A DNA stretch of 52,068 nucleotides from Corallochytrium limacisporum Hawaii (GCA_002811645.1 PDIP01000062.1:33965-86032), one strand, 5' to 3'. Counted from the first letter of the stretch, positions 10,739-22,134 are shown. Notes: generated from the letters alone by a model not told the origin. Numbers and translations: made by a program.

Positions 10739-12198
10739 GGATGAATGTGCTGCTCTGCTGGCTAAGTGGTGAAAAGTCTTTCCTCACTGTAGATTGGGTC
10801 CTGAATTCACCATACTGCACCTCCTAGGACATTGCTGATAGCACCCTTCCGTATTGTCGGTGGTACATATATCCCAGGGAATTAATACAGGATATCATCC
10901 ACAACAGAGTCTGCTACATATTTGGATCACCACGGTGAATACAATGGAATACCTACATCTTATCACTCTCGATACTCTTTTCATAACGTTACGCATCCGC
11001 ACTTAAAAGGGCTTCAAAACACCATCTCCTCCTTCGTCCCTTCACGCGGACCTGCGCACGGAGAGCCAGCCACTTTCCAATATTCATATCTCGTAGATGG
11101 GGCTTCCTCCCATGTCTGCTGTGTGCTTGAAGTCTCTCAACTCTTCACCTTTGGGTTGCTGGGTTGGGAGGGGAGGCTAGGCCCCAAACCCAGAGGGGCC
11201 GTGGAGGGAGAGACTGCACTGGGCGGGAACACCCCAGCCCCTGTGAAACCCGGGTGGCTGGTGGAGAGCCCGACCGAACACGAAATCTATCGGTCGCTCT
11301 CCTCCTTCCTCGGTGGAACTGAAACAATGGCACGCACATTTTCTATGATTCACCTATTTCTTCCCCTCCCCCTTCCTTCCCCTTCCCCGCCACCGGTTCC
11401 AATTTTGGTCACCGGAGGAAAAAGCGAGAGGCCACAGGCCCCGGGGGCGGGCCGGCCTTTCGGGGGCCCAAATCGCGAGACCATAGTGAATATACTGGGT
11501 GGGCCACTGGTCTAGTGGTCCACTTCCGCGCAGGCCATCTATTGGGTGTCCAGCAGCTTACTCTAGCACCTGCCATCTGTGTATTAGACCCGAATGCCCG
11601 ACAGTTTGTGTTGTGGACAAACACGTATAGAACAACTTGGAATGGTTGGCTGGAGGTGCCGTAATTTCCGCTGTGATCCAATAGTCTGCAAGTTCGGCCT
11701 TGTTTCGAAGTTAGGGCTCAATTGTTCTGAATGAAAGTTTGCATCTGTGGACATGCTAGGCCGACCGTGCACTGCCATGTCATGCATAATCATGTCACTG
11801 TATTGGGTAGCACTGTTTGATGAAATATAGTGTCATATTGTCCTGCTTAGATGTACGGACAGGCTGTGGAATACCGATCAAAACTCGCCCCCTCGGCCAA
11901 GGAGGCATTCCCTATGGATTGCTAGTAGTTTCCTATCGGACCGTATGTTTGGTATGCCCCTTAAGCAGGGATTCGGAACCTCCCGACCGAGAACCAATCA
12001 CGGATCGGGTGCCAGCTTGGTCGTTAGGGAGCTGTGGAGAGAAATCGGCGGGAGGAACTGTGCTTTCCTCAGTATACTGATACCGATAGTGAGAGGGGCC
12101 CCGGAATATTTTTTTCACCTTACCCTGCTTCATTTTGCCCCTTAAGGCCAGCGTGCCCAAGGAGTTCTGTTCCTCTGCACCACCCATGGCGCTTGGAA

Positions 12199-12294
12199 GT
12201 GAAACATTTTGTCCCGCCAATACAAATAGCTCAAGAGCAGCGGTGAAACATTTTGCCCCGCCAAGACAAATAGCTCAACAGCAGCGGTGAAACA
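12199..12294. repeat. 44-bp tandem repeat, ~2.2 copies
   Basis: gtgaaacattttg(t/c)cccgccaa(t/g)acaaatagctcaa(g/c)agcagcg starts at 12199 and 12243; a partial third copy (gtgaaaca) starts at 12287. Confidence 0.9.
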
Positions 12295-13748
12295 GCGTGT
12301 AATGTATGATTGAAAGAGAGACTCCGTGCCATACACACTCAAAGAGCAGTTCCGTAGTACGTCATCTGCTGCCAATCCCATAGAGTCAGTGCAATACGGC
12401 GATCGCAGGCATATGCCATATATGCGTACCAGACGGCTAATAACTCCAACAAACTTCCGCTCTTGTCGCCAGTGGAGAACAATGTAGGTAATCGCGTACC
12501 AAACAAACCAATTTGACATGCAGCAACATGTTACACGGGATTCTAATCGAAAGATAGTAATCTATGATGAGAAAGAAAGATGCTGATGCTGCCGTTTAGC
12601 TGATTGAAATGTGGACTATGGGGCACACCCTCTCCGGGCCCAACCAGAGGAGCCAATTTGTTCCACACCCTTGCCCCCAAAAACGTAGAATATCGTACCA
12701 TTCGTTGATACCTTTTGCAATACATTTAGTATGTGTATTATACATTGTTTTGATAAAAATGGCCGTGCGCAGTCCCTGAGACGGCGAAAGCAATGGGAGC
12801 GGCCAGCGGGGCTGGGGGGTGGGAGCCCGCGCCCACAGAAAAGATTAGTGGGACGGTGCCAGAGCAACCCTCACGAAGAAACGCAAACAGTGCGGAAAAA
12901 ATTGAGGACAACAGAAGAACTCGTTACCAGCACTGCCAGGTCCAGAGTGACGCAAATACGGCAGGATCTGCAAACAGCTGCTTGGATGCTGCCACCAAGT
13001 CTCTTGCGACAGGTGGTTCCCTTCCTCCTTCCCTCGTCCCTAAGTTGAAGATGCAGTACGATGTGTTTCACCGACACGAACAACCTTGGGAAGCAAGCAC
13101 TGCTGCAAACCCCGTCCCGCTTCTCCCATCTCATGTCCAACAGCTTCCGTTTCTCTTCCCCCCCCCTTCACCCCCAACCTTCGGGAGGGGGAACGGGACC
13201 CCACCTATCAGTCTTGTCGACTTCCAAAGTCCCGCAGACTTCGACCCTTGGATACCTCCTGCTTATGTCTGGTAACTCATTTTCAGTACCTAACATACTA
13301 ATAATTTGAAAATGGGTTTGGCACCTCCCTCGCAACCGGAAGGTGGGTGTTGGCAGAGGTCCGCCGGGCGAGACTTGTGGATCCCGCCCCAGTCCTGCTG
13401 CTGTGGCCGTTCGGACGGAGTGCGCAGTACAGGGTCTCGATACTATGTCAGCCCACTTGTCACTGCTAGACACACCTTCCATGGAATGTTCCACAGGCCA
13501 CATGCGTAAGCACTGTGACCGAAATGGAAGTTTTCTGACTCCTTCAGGTGCTGGTCTACGGTGAAGAGCAGTTGTTCGCGGGTACAAAGGGAATCGGGGT
13601 CGTAAGCCTCAGAGGCTCTCCGATCGAACACATTCACTATTCGTGGTTGTGTTTTCCGATTTGTAACCATATACCATAACAAATAGAGAGTATTGTAGAG
13701 TATCAATAACCAGGTTCATTTGAAAATAGGTTTTCAAAGAACATTGAG

Positions 13749-13849
13749 GTATGGGGATCAACGGCGAGAAGACCTAAATTCTGTCGGATCCTTACGAACT
13801 CGACCAAGTATGAAATAGACTCACGACGGAGCGAGACTTAGTTGGTTAG
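13749..13849 (+). other. Candidate 5'UTR intron upstream of the CDP-alcohol phosphotransferase gene
   Basis: GAG|GTATGG at 13749, GACTCAC branch-like at 13818-13824, TAG ending at 13841 or 13849; first ATG at 13872. Confidence 0.45.
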
Positions 13850-13871
13850 GTCAACTGCTACGCAAGCAGTG

Positions 13872-16800
13872 ATGCCGGGTAGTCCAGAACAGATTCGCTC
13901 CGGTGCGAGCCTCCGGCAAACAGATGGTGAACGTCCTGTGAATAGACGTCGGATGAGCAAGCAGAGCACTGGGAACGCCAGCAATCGCCCAGCAGCGCAG
14001 TCATGCGTTTCCGTCAATGTCACACAGTCATGTACCTCAATCAAGAGTGCATGGACTTCCATTGAGGATGTCCAGGATAATCCGGTTAATTTGGATCGAC
14101 TCTCAGTTTCTGCCGCAACTTTGGAGGATACAGGGTCAGGGAAGTCCGTAGCAATTCCTGGTAGGGTCAACTCAATAGAGGGTCAATCAAGGGGTGCCAC
14201 TGCTCATGCGCCAGTGCAGATTAGCATAGCTCAGGACCCTGAAATGTCGACTCCTGCGGAACAGAGACCATGTTCCGAAGAATACATCACTTCTGAACCA
14301 TTGGAATCGTCTCAGGGCAACCTGAGTGCCAATGATGCCCGAAAGGGCCTGTACACTGAGAGCGCTCCGGTTGCAACCACGACGCGTGTGATTTCCGATG
14401 AGAGTCTTAATGCTATAAGTCGAAAGGGCAAACAGTCCCAAAGAAAGGGTGGGTGGAACCGACGACGACGTGTAAGCCTCCAGCTGGACGGTGAAATCAG
14501 GACAGCGAAAGCAGACAGACATCTTGGTAGAAGCGGTCGCTGGTTCGGTCGCAGTTTGTCTCGTTCTTTGCCAAGTAGGAAAGCCCGACGCAAAGTGCGC
14601 GAGGCAGTATCAAAGGAGCAGACCCAGCAGTTACCAATGATTGTATTTGATTTGGTGGAGGGATCTCCGGAGATCACAGCTGCTCTCCAACAGGCAACTG
14701 GTCAGGGTCAAGCAGATGAACTATCTCAGAATGGTACAACATCGGATGTCGGGCCAGTGAATAGTAAAGTCAGTTTCGAAAAAGATCCCTCTCTGACAGG
14801 AAAGGAAGTCTTCCCTGGGGCTGATCAAAAAGAACGAAAACGTCTGGATCGAATTGTTCGAGACATGCGCAGTCGCCCAGGGAAGCAAAAATTGGACAGC
14901 AAACAGTCGTACAAACGGAAGCATACGGATCCGTTCGTACAGTGGTTGGAGCACAAGATTCAAGGTCTCTGTGACTACATTCCACCAACTATCTCACCCA
15001 ACTTATTTACCCTTCCTGGTGTTTTTATGCATATCGCAGTTGTGACGACTTTGAGTACAGCATTCTGCACAGACATGCCACAATACTACACACCACGTTG
15101 CACACCCCCTCAGGGAATGTATGCTATCTGGTGGATCACAGCGGTAACTGCTTGGGTTCTGGATGTGGTGGACGGCCAGCACGCTCGCAACACACGGACC
15201 CAATCTCCACTACGCCACTACTTTGATCACATTGTAGATATTTTCAATCTCTGCTGTGCAGGCATTGTAAATGGTATGCTAGGTGCACCGATATATGCGG
15301 CACCTATCTACTCGCTCGTTCTCGGATTGAGCACCAGCTATATGCTAACATTTATTAGGTATTACGCCACAGGTGTCATGCGCGTACCGTACGTTATCCA
15401 TTTTGGCAATTATCTGCACCTTATGTTCTACTACGTGGTTGCAGTAATATTGGGTGGTGATTTCTGGGAGAGGAATGAAGACGGATCGTTTACAGTGCAG
15501 CAGTATATTTACACAGCCTTGCTGGGTGTAAACTTGCTTATGGTCATTGGATACGCAGTTGAAGATATCTACTACACTATGGCAAGCTCATTGACGGGTA
15601 CATTGAAACGCCAACTTTTCCAACCCCTGATATTTAACATTGTGCTCGCCACCCTTGTCCAAATCTTCATAGCCCCTGAAAACATGGTCCTGTTTGCTAT
15701 TGCTGTCTCTTTGGTGCAGTGTGCACAGACTAACAATGTCATGGCCGCTCAACTGAGATATGAAAAACCTTGGCCCATCATGCCAGAGGTTATCATATTC
15801 GTTGCCTATGCTATTGCAGCCCTGATCATAGGTCGTGGTGACACTAGTGATGATCTATTACTTGCTACAGTTGTCATTGAGGCTGCTGTGTATATGTTTA
15901 CCACATGGAGGATGTGCCGCAGTGTTGCGGCGCTTGACCCCGATGTCAAGTTTCCAATCTTTTACGTTAAACCAAACAACCAAAGAGTGGAAATGGTGAG
16001 CAACGAACAGCAGCATATAATGAAGATGGAGAAAACAAAGACAAAGATTCTCACTGAAATTGCAGACCTTGCCACGCGTTCTCAGGCGCAACAAGCTTTG
16101 CTCCATGGGGTGGCCATCGGAACCACGAGTATTGCAGGAACTGCAGGTCATTCGGTTACCACAGACAACGAATTCAATGTCAACTTAATGAATTCTCTGG
16201 GAATCGGACCGGATCCTCGGTTTGATATCCGCCGCAGCCGATCTCGCTATGCCCTGAACGAACTGCCAAGCATTCATCCAACACTGGATGCCCCTGTGGA
16301 CGACGCAAATGACAACGTGCGATTCCGTAAGACTGATGACAGCCCGGAGGAAACCCTTTCCCGGAAGTTAAGCACAGAAATGATTCTGGACAATTGCAAG
16401 CAAGACACGGATCCACAGGTGAGAACACCTGGAGGGTTGACCATTAGACCTGGTCAAACAGTTCGCATTCAGAGCCTGATTGCATCTGCGCACCGGGATG
16501 CCTCCACTGCCTTTACGAGACGTCTTGTAAAGCGCAGTCAGTCAATGGGGAGCAGAGACTTGCTAGATTCTGAGTCCAGTGGAACTTCTAAACCGTCGTC
16601 TATTGATGATCTTCCACCGGATCCAGAAACCATCTTTATGGAAACAATGGGATCTCTGGAGTTTCTGAGTGTGCCATCGCGGCAACGAAGTGAAAACATC
16701 CTGCGTACACGCAGACATGCTGCAGCCATCTTCGCCCACTTGAGTGAATCCCAGGAGCGGATTCTTGAGGAGTCCAGCCAAAGCAATGAAACTTTGATGA

Positions 16801-18881
16801 CAAATACGAGCAGCAGACACAGACTACAGCGGTCTAATTCTGAAATCCCAAGACGAACGGGTGAATTCCTATCGGGATCAAGCCTTCTGAGCTCTTCAGT
16901 GCGATCAGATGCCAAGCTTGCGGCACATGATGCGGATTCTACGCCAAAGATTGAGCGAAGTAGACCATCGACAATTATCTTCTGTACTGAGGATGGCAAA
17001 AGCCAAACCACGAAACCAAAAGCCACTGCCTCTTTAAACGTATCCGATGATGCCGGCCTGGCAAAACTTTCCTTGCACAGTCTTTTCGGTATGGCCATTA
17101 ACTTGGCTGATAATGACACAAACGAAGACAAAACTCCACGGAAGGCACCCGAGTGTACGGACGGTGAAGACCACGAAGTTGACAATAGACAGCAGCGCAT
17201 GCTGTGTCAACGTGCTTCTGGTATGGACGCCACTCAGGGCAGCACAGGCAGCTTGTCGCTGTCCATATCCTCGTCAATGAGGCAGACTCCACCTTCTTCA
17301 GACATCACTAACGTTGAAAAAACAGTGCCATTGGCATATGAAGGGGGACCACGAAGCAAATATCCCAACCCTGCTGTAGCACGACTTTCCCAGGCCAACG
17401 AACTCCGGTCTCAGAGTGATATAACGGTGCACCTACACGCTTCTTCGGACAAGGACAACCCGAACAATACCTGCCATCAGTCTCCTCGCCGGCACACAAG
17501 TGCAGGAGAGACCAAACGTCTGGCGGGTGTAGCCTCCGTAGACTATCTGCGTGACACCAATGGCATAAGCAACCAGATGCTGTTGTCTGCTCCCCACACT
17601 CCTTTCCAGAGACGAAAGTCTGCTGGCATGCATGACGCCAACATGCTACATCCAGACTATGCGGTTGGGGCCCAGAGTGCTGGAAACTTGCTCGGTGTTC
17701 GTGCTACTGCGCACCTCACCAACAGCACTCCAGCTTCCCCGTCTAAGCTAAGCCCTGCGACCTCATACACTGATACCGCCGCCGAAGCAGCGGCAGTGGA
17801 GTCACTGACTTCTTGTGGTGCACCTATAGGAAGGCGTCGCGCGTTTTCGGCCTTCCGTCTGCCCTTGAAGGACCAAAAGGAGAAAAAGAGGTTAAAGATG
17901 GAGGAATCCCAGGTGGCAAACATTCGGGCCATGGAGCGCAAGATTCAGGAGCTGGCATCGCTGGGAGGCGGCCGCTTCACTTCAGACGAGAATTACCGGC
18001 AGTTGGTGGAGACTGTAGAGAGCATGAAGTTGGAACTGATATTGAGCCAATCTGTGAAGACCGCAACTCCACCGTCGAAGCAGGGTAATTCTCTTCCTAA
18101 TTCCCCCGGGACTAATCGACGCGGAATATTAACTCCGCCTAGAAATACGGACGGTGAGGATAGCGATGGCAACAGTAGCGGAGGATATCTGAGTGGCCTG
18201 GTCTTTGGTCGCAGGTCTTCAGCTAATGTGGCCCCAAATGCACGTCGTGGTCGGAATCAGCCTTCAACGGAAATTCATCGGGCGAAAACCGAGAACATCA
18301 ACGAACCAAACGAACAAGAAGAGAATATGTACCATAGGGAAGGTCTATTGCAGCGCCACTTGCGCAGGATGTCTACGAAACCGTCCTCCTGCTTAAACCC
18401 CGACAGCAAACGTCGCAACCGTAGCCAGGAGGTTGTGGGCAGCCCCTCCGAAGATGACCACCGTGAATTGAGGTACACATTTGGACAGCAACTGGACACA
18501 CCCTCATCAAAATCTAAGCCTCAGATTGGCGATGATCGTGTCATGATGGTGAATGACCCAGTGGTAGTGGTGACGTCTAAAGACTCTGATATCGACAGGA
18601 GTGGTAAGTTGAGCGCTGGCACCGATACTTCTGTAGACCATGACGATGAGGATGACCTCAAAAAGAAAGAATTCGACGCGGAATACGAGTACTGGCAACG
18701 AGTGGGTCAGGCGATGAAAAGCAAAGCAGAGCGGAGGCGCCAGAAAAAGGAGGCCACCACACAAGATGCCTCGAAGTCTCCAACTGACAGTACGAACCCA
18801 CTGCACAGCTCTGTTGGGCTAATACAAGACCATTTGACTGTGAGAGAACAGGCGTCCGCAATTCTGCGCAGCACAGAATAA
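13872..18881 (+). CDS. CDP-alcohol phosphotransferase (choline/ethanolamine phosphotransferase-like) with very long N- and C-terminal extensions
   Basis: Membrane domain ~14930-15975 with IPPTISPNLFTL and DVVDGQHAR-NTRTQSPLRHYFDHIVD (DxxDGxxAR..DxxxD, 15162-15239), flanked by Ser/Arg-rich low-complexity regions. First ATG is 13872; the ORF track starts at TTG 13842. Confidence 0.85.
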   Translation: MPGSPEQIRSGASLRQTDGERPVNRRRMSKQSTGNASNRPAAQSCVSVNVTQSCTSIKSAWTSIEDVQDNPVNLDRLSVSAATLEDTGSGKSVAIPGRVNSIEGQSRGATAHAPVQISIAQDPEMSTPAEQRPCSEEYITSEPLESSQGNLSANDARKGLYTESAPVATTTRVISDESLNAISRKGKQSQRKGGWNRRRRVSLQLDGEIRTAKADRHLGRSGRWFGRSLSRSLPSRKARRKVREAVSKEQTQQLPMIVFDLVEGSPEITAALQQATGQGQADELSQNGTTSDVGPVNSKVSFEKDPSLTGKEVFPGADQKERKRLDRIVRDMRSRPGKQKLDSKQSYKRKHTDPFVQWLEHKIQGLCDYIPPTISPNLFTLPGVFMHIAVVTTLSTAFCTDMPQYYTPRCTPPQGMYAIWWITAVTAWVLDVVDGQHARNTRTQSPLRHYFDHIVDIFNLCCAGIVNGMLGAPIYAAPIYSLVLGLSTSYMLTFIRYYATGVMRVPYVIHFGNYLHLMFYYVVAVILGGDFWERNEDGSFTVQQYIYTALLGVNLLMVIGYAVEDIYYTMASSLTGTLKRQLFQPLIFNIVLATLVQIFIAPENMVLFAIAVSLVQCAQTNNVMAAQLRYEKPWPIMPEVIIFVAYAIAALIIGRGDTSDDLLLATVVIEAAVYMFTTWRMCRSVAALDPDVKFPIFYVKPNNQRVEMVSNEQQHIMKMEKTKTKILTEIADLATRSQAQQALLHGVAIGTTSIAGTAGHSVTTDNEFNVNLMNSLGIGPDPRFDIRRSRSRYALNELPSIHPTLDAPVDDANDNVRFRKTDDSPEETLSRKLSTEMILDNCKQDTDPQVRTPGGLTIRPGQTVRIQSLIASAHRDASTAFTRRLVKRSQSMGSRDLLDSESSGTSKPSSIDDLPPDPETIFMETMGSLEFLSVPSRQRSENILRTRRHAAAIFAHLSESQERILEESSQSNETLMTNTSSRHRLQRSNSEIPRRTGEFLSGSSLLSSSVRSDAKLAAHDADSTPKIERSRPSTIIFCTEDGKSQTTKPKATASLNVSDDAGLAKLSLHSLFGMAINLADNDTNEDKTPRKAPECTDGEDHEVDNRQQRMLCQRASGMDATQGSTGSLSLSISSSMRQTPPSSDITNVEKTVPLAYEGGPRSKYPNPAVARLSQANELRSQSDITVHLHASSDKDNPNNTCHQSPRRHTSAGETKRLAGVASVDYLRDTNGISNQMLLSAPHTPFQRRKSAGMHDANMLHPDYAVGAQSAGNLLGVRATAHLTNSTPASPSKLSPATSYTDTAAEAAAVESLTSCGAPIGRRRAFSAFRLPLKDQKEKKRLKMEESQVANIRAMERKIQELASLGGGRFTSDENYRQLVETVESMKLELILSQSVKTATPPSKQGNSLPNSPGTNRRGILTPPRNTDGEDSDGNSSGGYLSGLVFGRRSSANVAPNARRGRNQPSTEIHRAKTENINEPNEQEENMYHREGLLQRHLRRMSTKPSSCLNPDSKRRNRSQEVVGSPSEDDHRELRYTFGQQLDTPSSKSKPQIGDDRVMMVNDPVVVVTSKDSDIDRSGKLSAGTDTSVDHDDEDDLKKKEFDAEYEYWQRVGQAMKSKAERRRQKKEATTQDASKSPTDSTNPLHSSVGLIQDHLTVREQASAILRSTE

Positions 18882-19290
18882 GCGCCTCTGAGAGCGGTTC
18901 TGTAATATATTTGATATGCAATATAACAACAAAAGGCACGGATTGTATGCGTGTACACATTTCCTGCCCTGATGTTTCTGACAGTGAAGGCATCCATTGG
19001 GTGGACTTCCTGCAGGTTGGGTTCTAGAAAAGACAGTCTGAAAGATCTCGGAAGTGTCGGACATTGCAGCTGTTGTCTACGGCGTGAGGGTGCTGATGCA
19101 TGTTCATCTGCTCCTCAGGTTGCTGACTGGGTAGATTTGAACTTCCGTCCCCTGCACAGATCCCGGTCTCAAAATTCATCCAACAAAGGAGCTCCTGAAA
19201 ATGATCACTACTTTCCACAGTTTGACATACCGAGTCTATAATACAAATACTACATGTTCATACAACACACAAGTTTGTGCGCTTGGACTT

Positions 19291-20406
19291 CTAACCTTCT
19301 GGTTCGTCCTCGTCGTTATCGAGCAAGATATTAGAAGGCTCCACTCCTTTAGACTTCAGCTCGGTCAGTAGATCCTCACAGTGCTTGAGCAGTGGTTCAT
19401 CGCCCCATTCCACCTTGTGCCAGATCTTCTTGGCATGATTCAAGAAGTCCGCAGCCTCCTGTTCATGACCTTCCTGAAGATGGTGGCACCACCCCAGGAG
19501 GTACCAAGCCTGCACGAAGTCGTCATCCTCCATTAGGATTGCCTCAATCAGTTCCGTGGCGTCATTGTATCTTCCGAGTTCGAGCAACAGTTTGACTGTG
19601 TTGCAACGGAATTCCAAGGTCGGAGGTTCACGCTGATCCGTGTTTTCAGGCTCATCAGTGGCCATGGCAGTGTCATCCTCATCTTCTGCTCCATTTTGGT
19701 CTTGTCCATTAACATCCTGTGTCCGCCTGGCAGCCGTCACGAGGTGCCGCCATGTGCCCATAGAAGCATCGAGGGCCTCACTGGCGGACTGCGGGTCGCA
19801 CATGGAGATGTGCCATGATGCCAGGCTCTGCAATGCGTCCCAGTCCTTTTCATCTACAGAAAGAGCCCGTCGAAGTAACCGCTCGCATTGTTCCCCTGCA
19901 TCAGGTTCCATGCAAGCGTCTGTGAGATAGACCTCGGCCATGGCAACAAGGGTCTGCACATAGGCGCTACGGTCGTCGCTTTCTTCAAACTGGGGAACCT
20001 CTGTGGACAAAACAAAGGGGACGCTGCCACCTGCCTCTGCATGACCTGGTGTGACACCTGCTGTCTGTTCCATTAACCGTACTGAATTGCCGTAGTAACG
20101 TAGCTGTTGTATAGGGTCTTCCTGTTCCAACTGTCCCAGCATGAAATACTTCAAATGTCCCTGATCCGGGCACATGCGGATGGCCTCCTTGAGGACACTA
20201 CTTGCTTCGTCCAAAGAACCTTGCTCTATCAAAATGGTCGCATGGGCTTCTACAGCACCGCTGAAGGCCTCTGAGTTGTCTTGGAGCCGAGCGGATTCCA
20301 TAGCCTTTCCAGTGAATTGTAGGGCAAGATCCATGTTTCCAGACTCAAGAAGCTGCATCGCTTGGTCCATGTATTCTTGGACGCTGAATCCTGGTTCTAC
20401 GCCCAT
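19291..20406 (-). CDS. ACL4: TPR protein, probable assembly chaperone of Rpl4 (Acl4-like)
   Basis: Acidic TPR protein of 371 aa with PDQGHLKYFMLGQL, LVAMAEVYLTDACMEPDAGEQCE, DALQSLAS, DDDFVQAWYLLGW, matching motifs recalled for the Acl4/UPF0661 family. Confidence 0.8.
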   Translation of the reverse strand: MGVEPGFSVQEYMDQAMQLLESGNMDLALQFTGKAMESARLQDNSEAFSGAVEAHATILIEQGSLDEASSVLKEAIRMCPDQGHLKYFMLGQLEQEDPIQQLRYYGNSVRLMEQTAGVTPGHAEAGGSVPFVLSTEVPQFEESDDRSAYVQTLVAMAEVYLTDACMEPDAGEQCERLLRRALSVDEKDWDALQSLASWHISMCDPQSASEALDASMGTWRHLVTAARRTQDVNGQDQNGAEDEDDTAMATDEPENTDQREPPTLEFRCNTVKLLLELGRYNDATELIEAILMEDDDFVQAWYLLGWCHHLQEGHEQEAADFLNHAKKIWHKVEWGDEPLLKHCEDLLTELKSKGVEPSNILLDNDEDEPEG

Positions 20407-20794
20407 CTTTCTAGCTTATTTTCAGCCTCTGTGTTCCACAAACTCTTTATATCTCTTTGCATAAATGCCTACATTCTAGTATCAAAGTGTGATCTTGTGC
20501 TGTCCCTTCTCAACGAACCAGAGAGACTCTACCCTTTGCTAGATTCAGTGTACGTTTACACAGTAATCGTTTATACCTGGTGACAAGTTCTAATGAATAG
20601 TTGACTTACCACTTTGTTCGACGACTTTGCTGTCCCACAATTTATGCCAGTTCAGTTTACTTTCACACCGTCTTTTCATAGAGGGTAGGTAGTGCACAAC
20701 CCGCCCAGACCCGCGTGGATAAGTTGAGGCGGAGAGAGCGAAAGGCGGCGGTGGGTGCGTGAAAATAGGCCCCGAGACTATGACATAGGGGACG

Positions 20795-20841
20795 TTTTCG
20801 GCGCGAACATTTCAGGAGGAAGTGAAGGGGCGGGGCGGGGC
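20795..20841. promoter_or_regulatory. E2F-like element and tandem GC boxes in the divergent ACL4/BUB3 promoter
   Basis: ttttcggcgcgaa at 20795-20807 (reverse strand TTCGCGCC) and GGGGCGGGGCGGGGC at 20827-20841, midway between two head-to-head ATGs 600 bp apart. Confidence 0.35.
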
Positions 20842-21005
20842 AAAGGCAGGAACATAACTTACGGTGAAAGGCAGCAACGACGTTGACCATGAAGGAATTT
20901 GGTTGCAATGGGGTTTCTGGTATTTCGAGTCTTTCACTATCACGATCTAGCAATTTACAGACACATAAATATGGGAAACGCATGATGAATTTAACCGGTT
21001 AGACC

Positions 21006-22094
21006 ATGCCAACCGCAAAGACGAGCGAAATTGATATCGCCGGCAAGGGCCCGCAAATGGGCATCCAGTCGGTGCGTTTTGCCCAAATTCAACCAGACGC
21101 CTCAGTTTACCACTTGGCAGTGTCCTCATGGGATTGTACCTTTCGTGTTCTTAAGGCACCAGCCGCAGCTCACAAGAATGAACAGGGAGCAGAGGCTGTT
21201 CAGCAAATCTCATCCTATAAAGAAGACGCACCAGTCCTCGACGGATTCGTCACAGGTGACGCAACTCGGGGTTACGCTGGGGGTGTTCAGGGTGTGCTGC
21301 GCAAATTTTATCCAGCAGAGCATCCTAACATAGCCGGGCAGACAATTGGACGGTTCAACGACGCGGTGTCCTGTGTTGCGAGTGTGACACGAGAGTCGGA
21401 CCAGTTGATCGTTGCCGGCTCGACGGACCGTACAGCTCGTGTTTTCGATACTAGAACTGACCCTCGGGATGATGGTGCGGAAATTTTGAGGTTACAGCAC
21501 GATCAACCAATCTATGCCCTCGACTGCGTTGACCACACTCTAATAACAGCCACGGCTGAGCGAGAGATCTACCTATGGGACCTAAGAATGCTCGCCTCCG
21601 AACCCACGCCTGTGTTTCGCAAAGTGTCGCCCCTGAAGCACCAGACCCGCAGTGTAGCGTTATTCCCGAACCGCCATGGGTATGCCATTGGAAGCGTTGA
21701 AGGGAGGGTAGCGGTGGAATATATGACACCGGAGGTGACCGCCAAGCTGAATTTATCCCACGACCCGAAGAAGAACTATGCTTTCAAGGGCCACCGAGTG
21801 CAGGATCCGCAAGAGGGAGACATGCTCTATCCCGTGAATGCCATTGCCTTCAACCCCCACGACTTGGGTATGACCTTTGCAACAGGCGGAAGCGATGGTC
21901 ACATCAACATTTGGAATAGCGAAAAGAAGAAGCGCGTAAGGCAGCTCTGGAAGATGCCGACGTCCATTAGTAGTCTGAGCTACAGTCCTGACGGTCAGGC
22001 AATTGCCTTTGGGGTGAGCAACTTGTGGGAGAATGGCGAACCTACACCGGGCGGAGGTGCGGAGTCGGTCCGAATCCGGTACCTGGATCATTGA
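21006..22094 (+). CDS. BUB3: Mitotic checkpoint WD40 protein Bub3
   Basis: SSWD, SPLKHQTR, GSVEGRVAVEY, KKNYAFKGHR, YPVNAIAF, TFATGGSDGHINIW..KKKR. These favour Bub3 over its paralog Rae1. Confidence 0.88.
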   Translation: MPTAKTSEIDIAGKGPQMGIQSVRFAQIQPDASVYHLAVSSWDCTFRVLKAPAAAHKNEQGAEAVQQISSYKEDAPVLDGFVTGDATRGYAGGVQGVLRKFYPAEHPNIAGQTIGRFNDAVSCVASVTRESDQLIVAGSTDRTARVFDTRTDPRDDGAEILRLQHDQPIYALDCVDHTLITATAEREIYLWDLRMLASEPTPVFRKVSPLKHQTRSVALFPNRHGYAIGSVEGRVAVEYMTPEVTAKLNLSHDPKKNYAFKGHRVQDPQEGDMLYPVNAIAFNPHDLGMTFATGGSDGHINIWNSEKKKRVRQLWKMPTSISSLSYSPDGQAIAFGVSNLWENGEPTPGGGAESVRIRYLDH

Positions 22095-22134
22095 AACATC
22101 AAGGCAGACATATTTTGATTTACATACACTTTCT

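Noticed and set aside
12199-12294. CRISPR-like repeat
   Set aside because: Units are contiguous without spacers, there are no cas genes, and the context is eukaryotic.
13872-18881. SELENOI-type selenoprotein readthrough in the phosphotransferase
   Set aside because: No in-frame TGA; the ORF ends in TAA and no SECIS was recognised.
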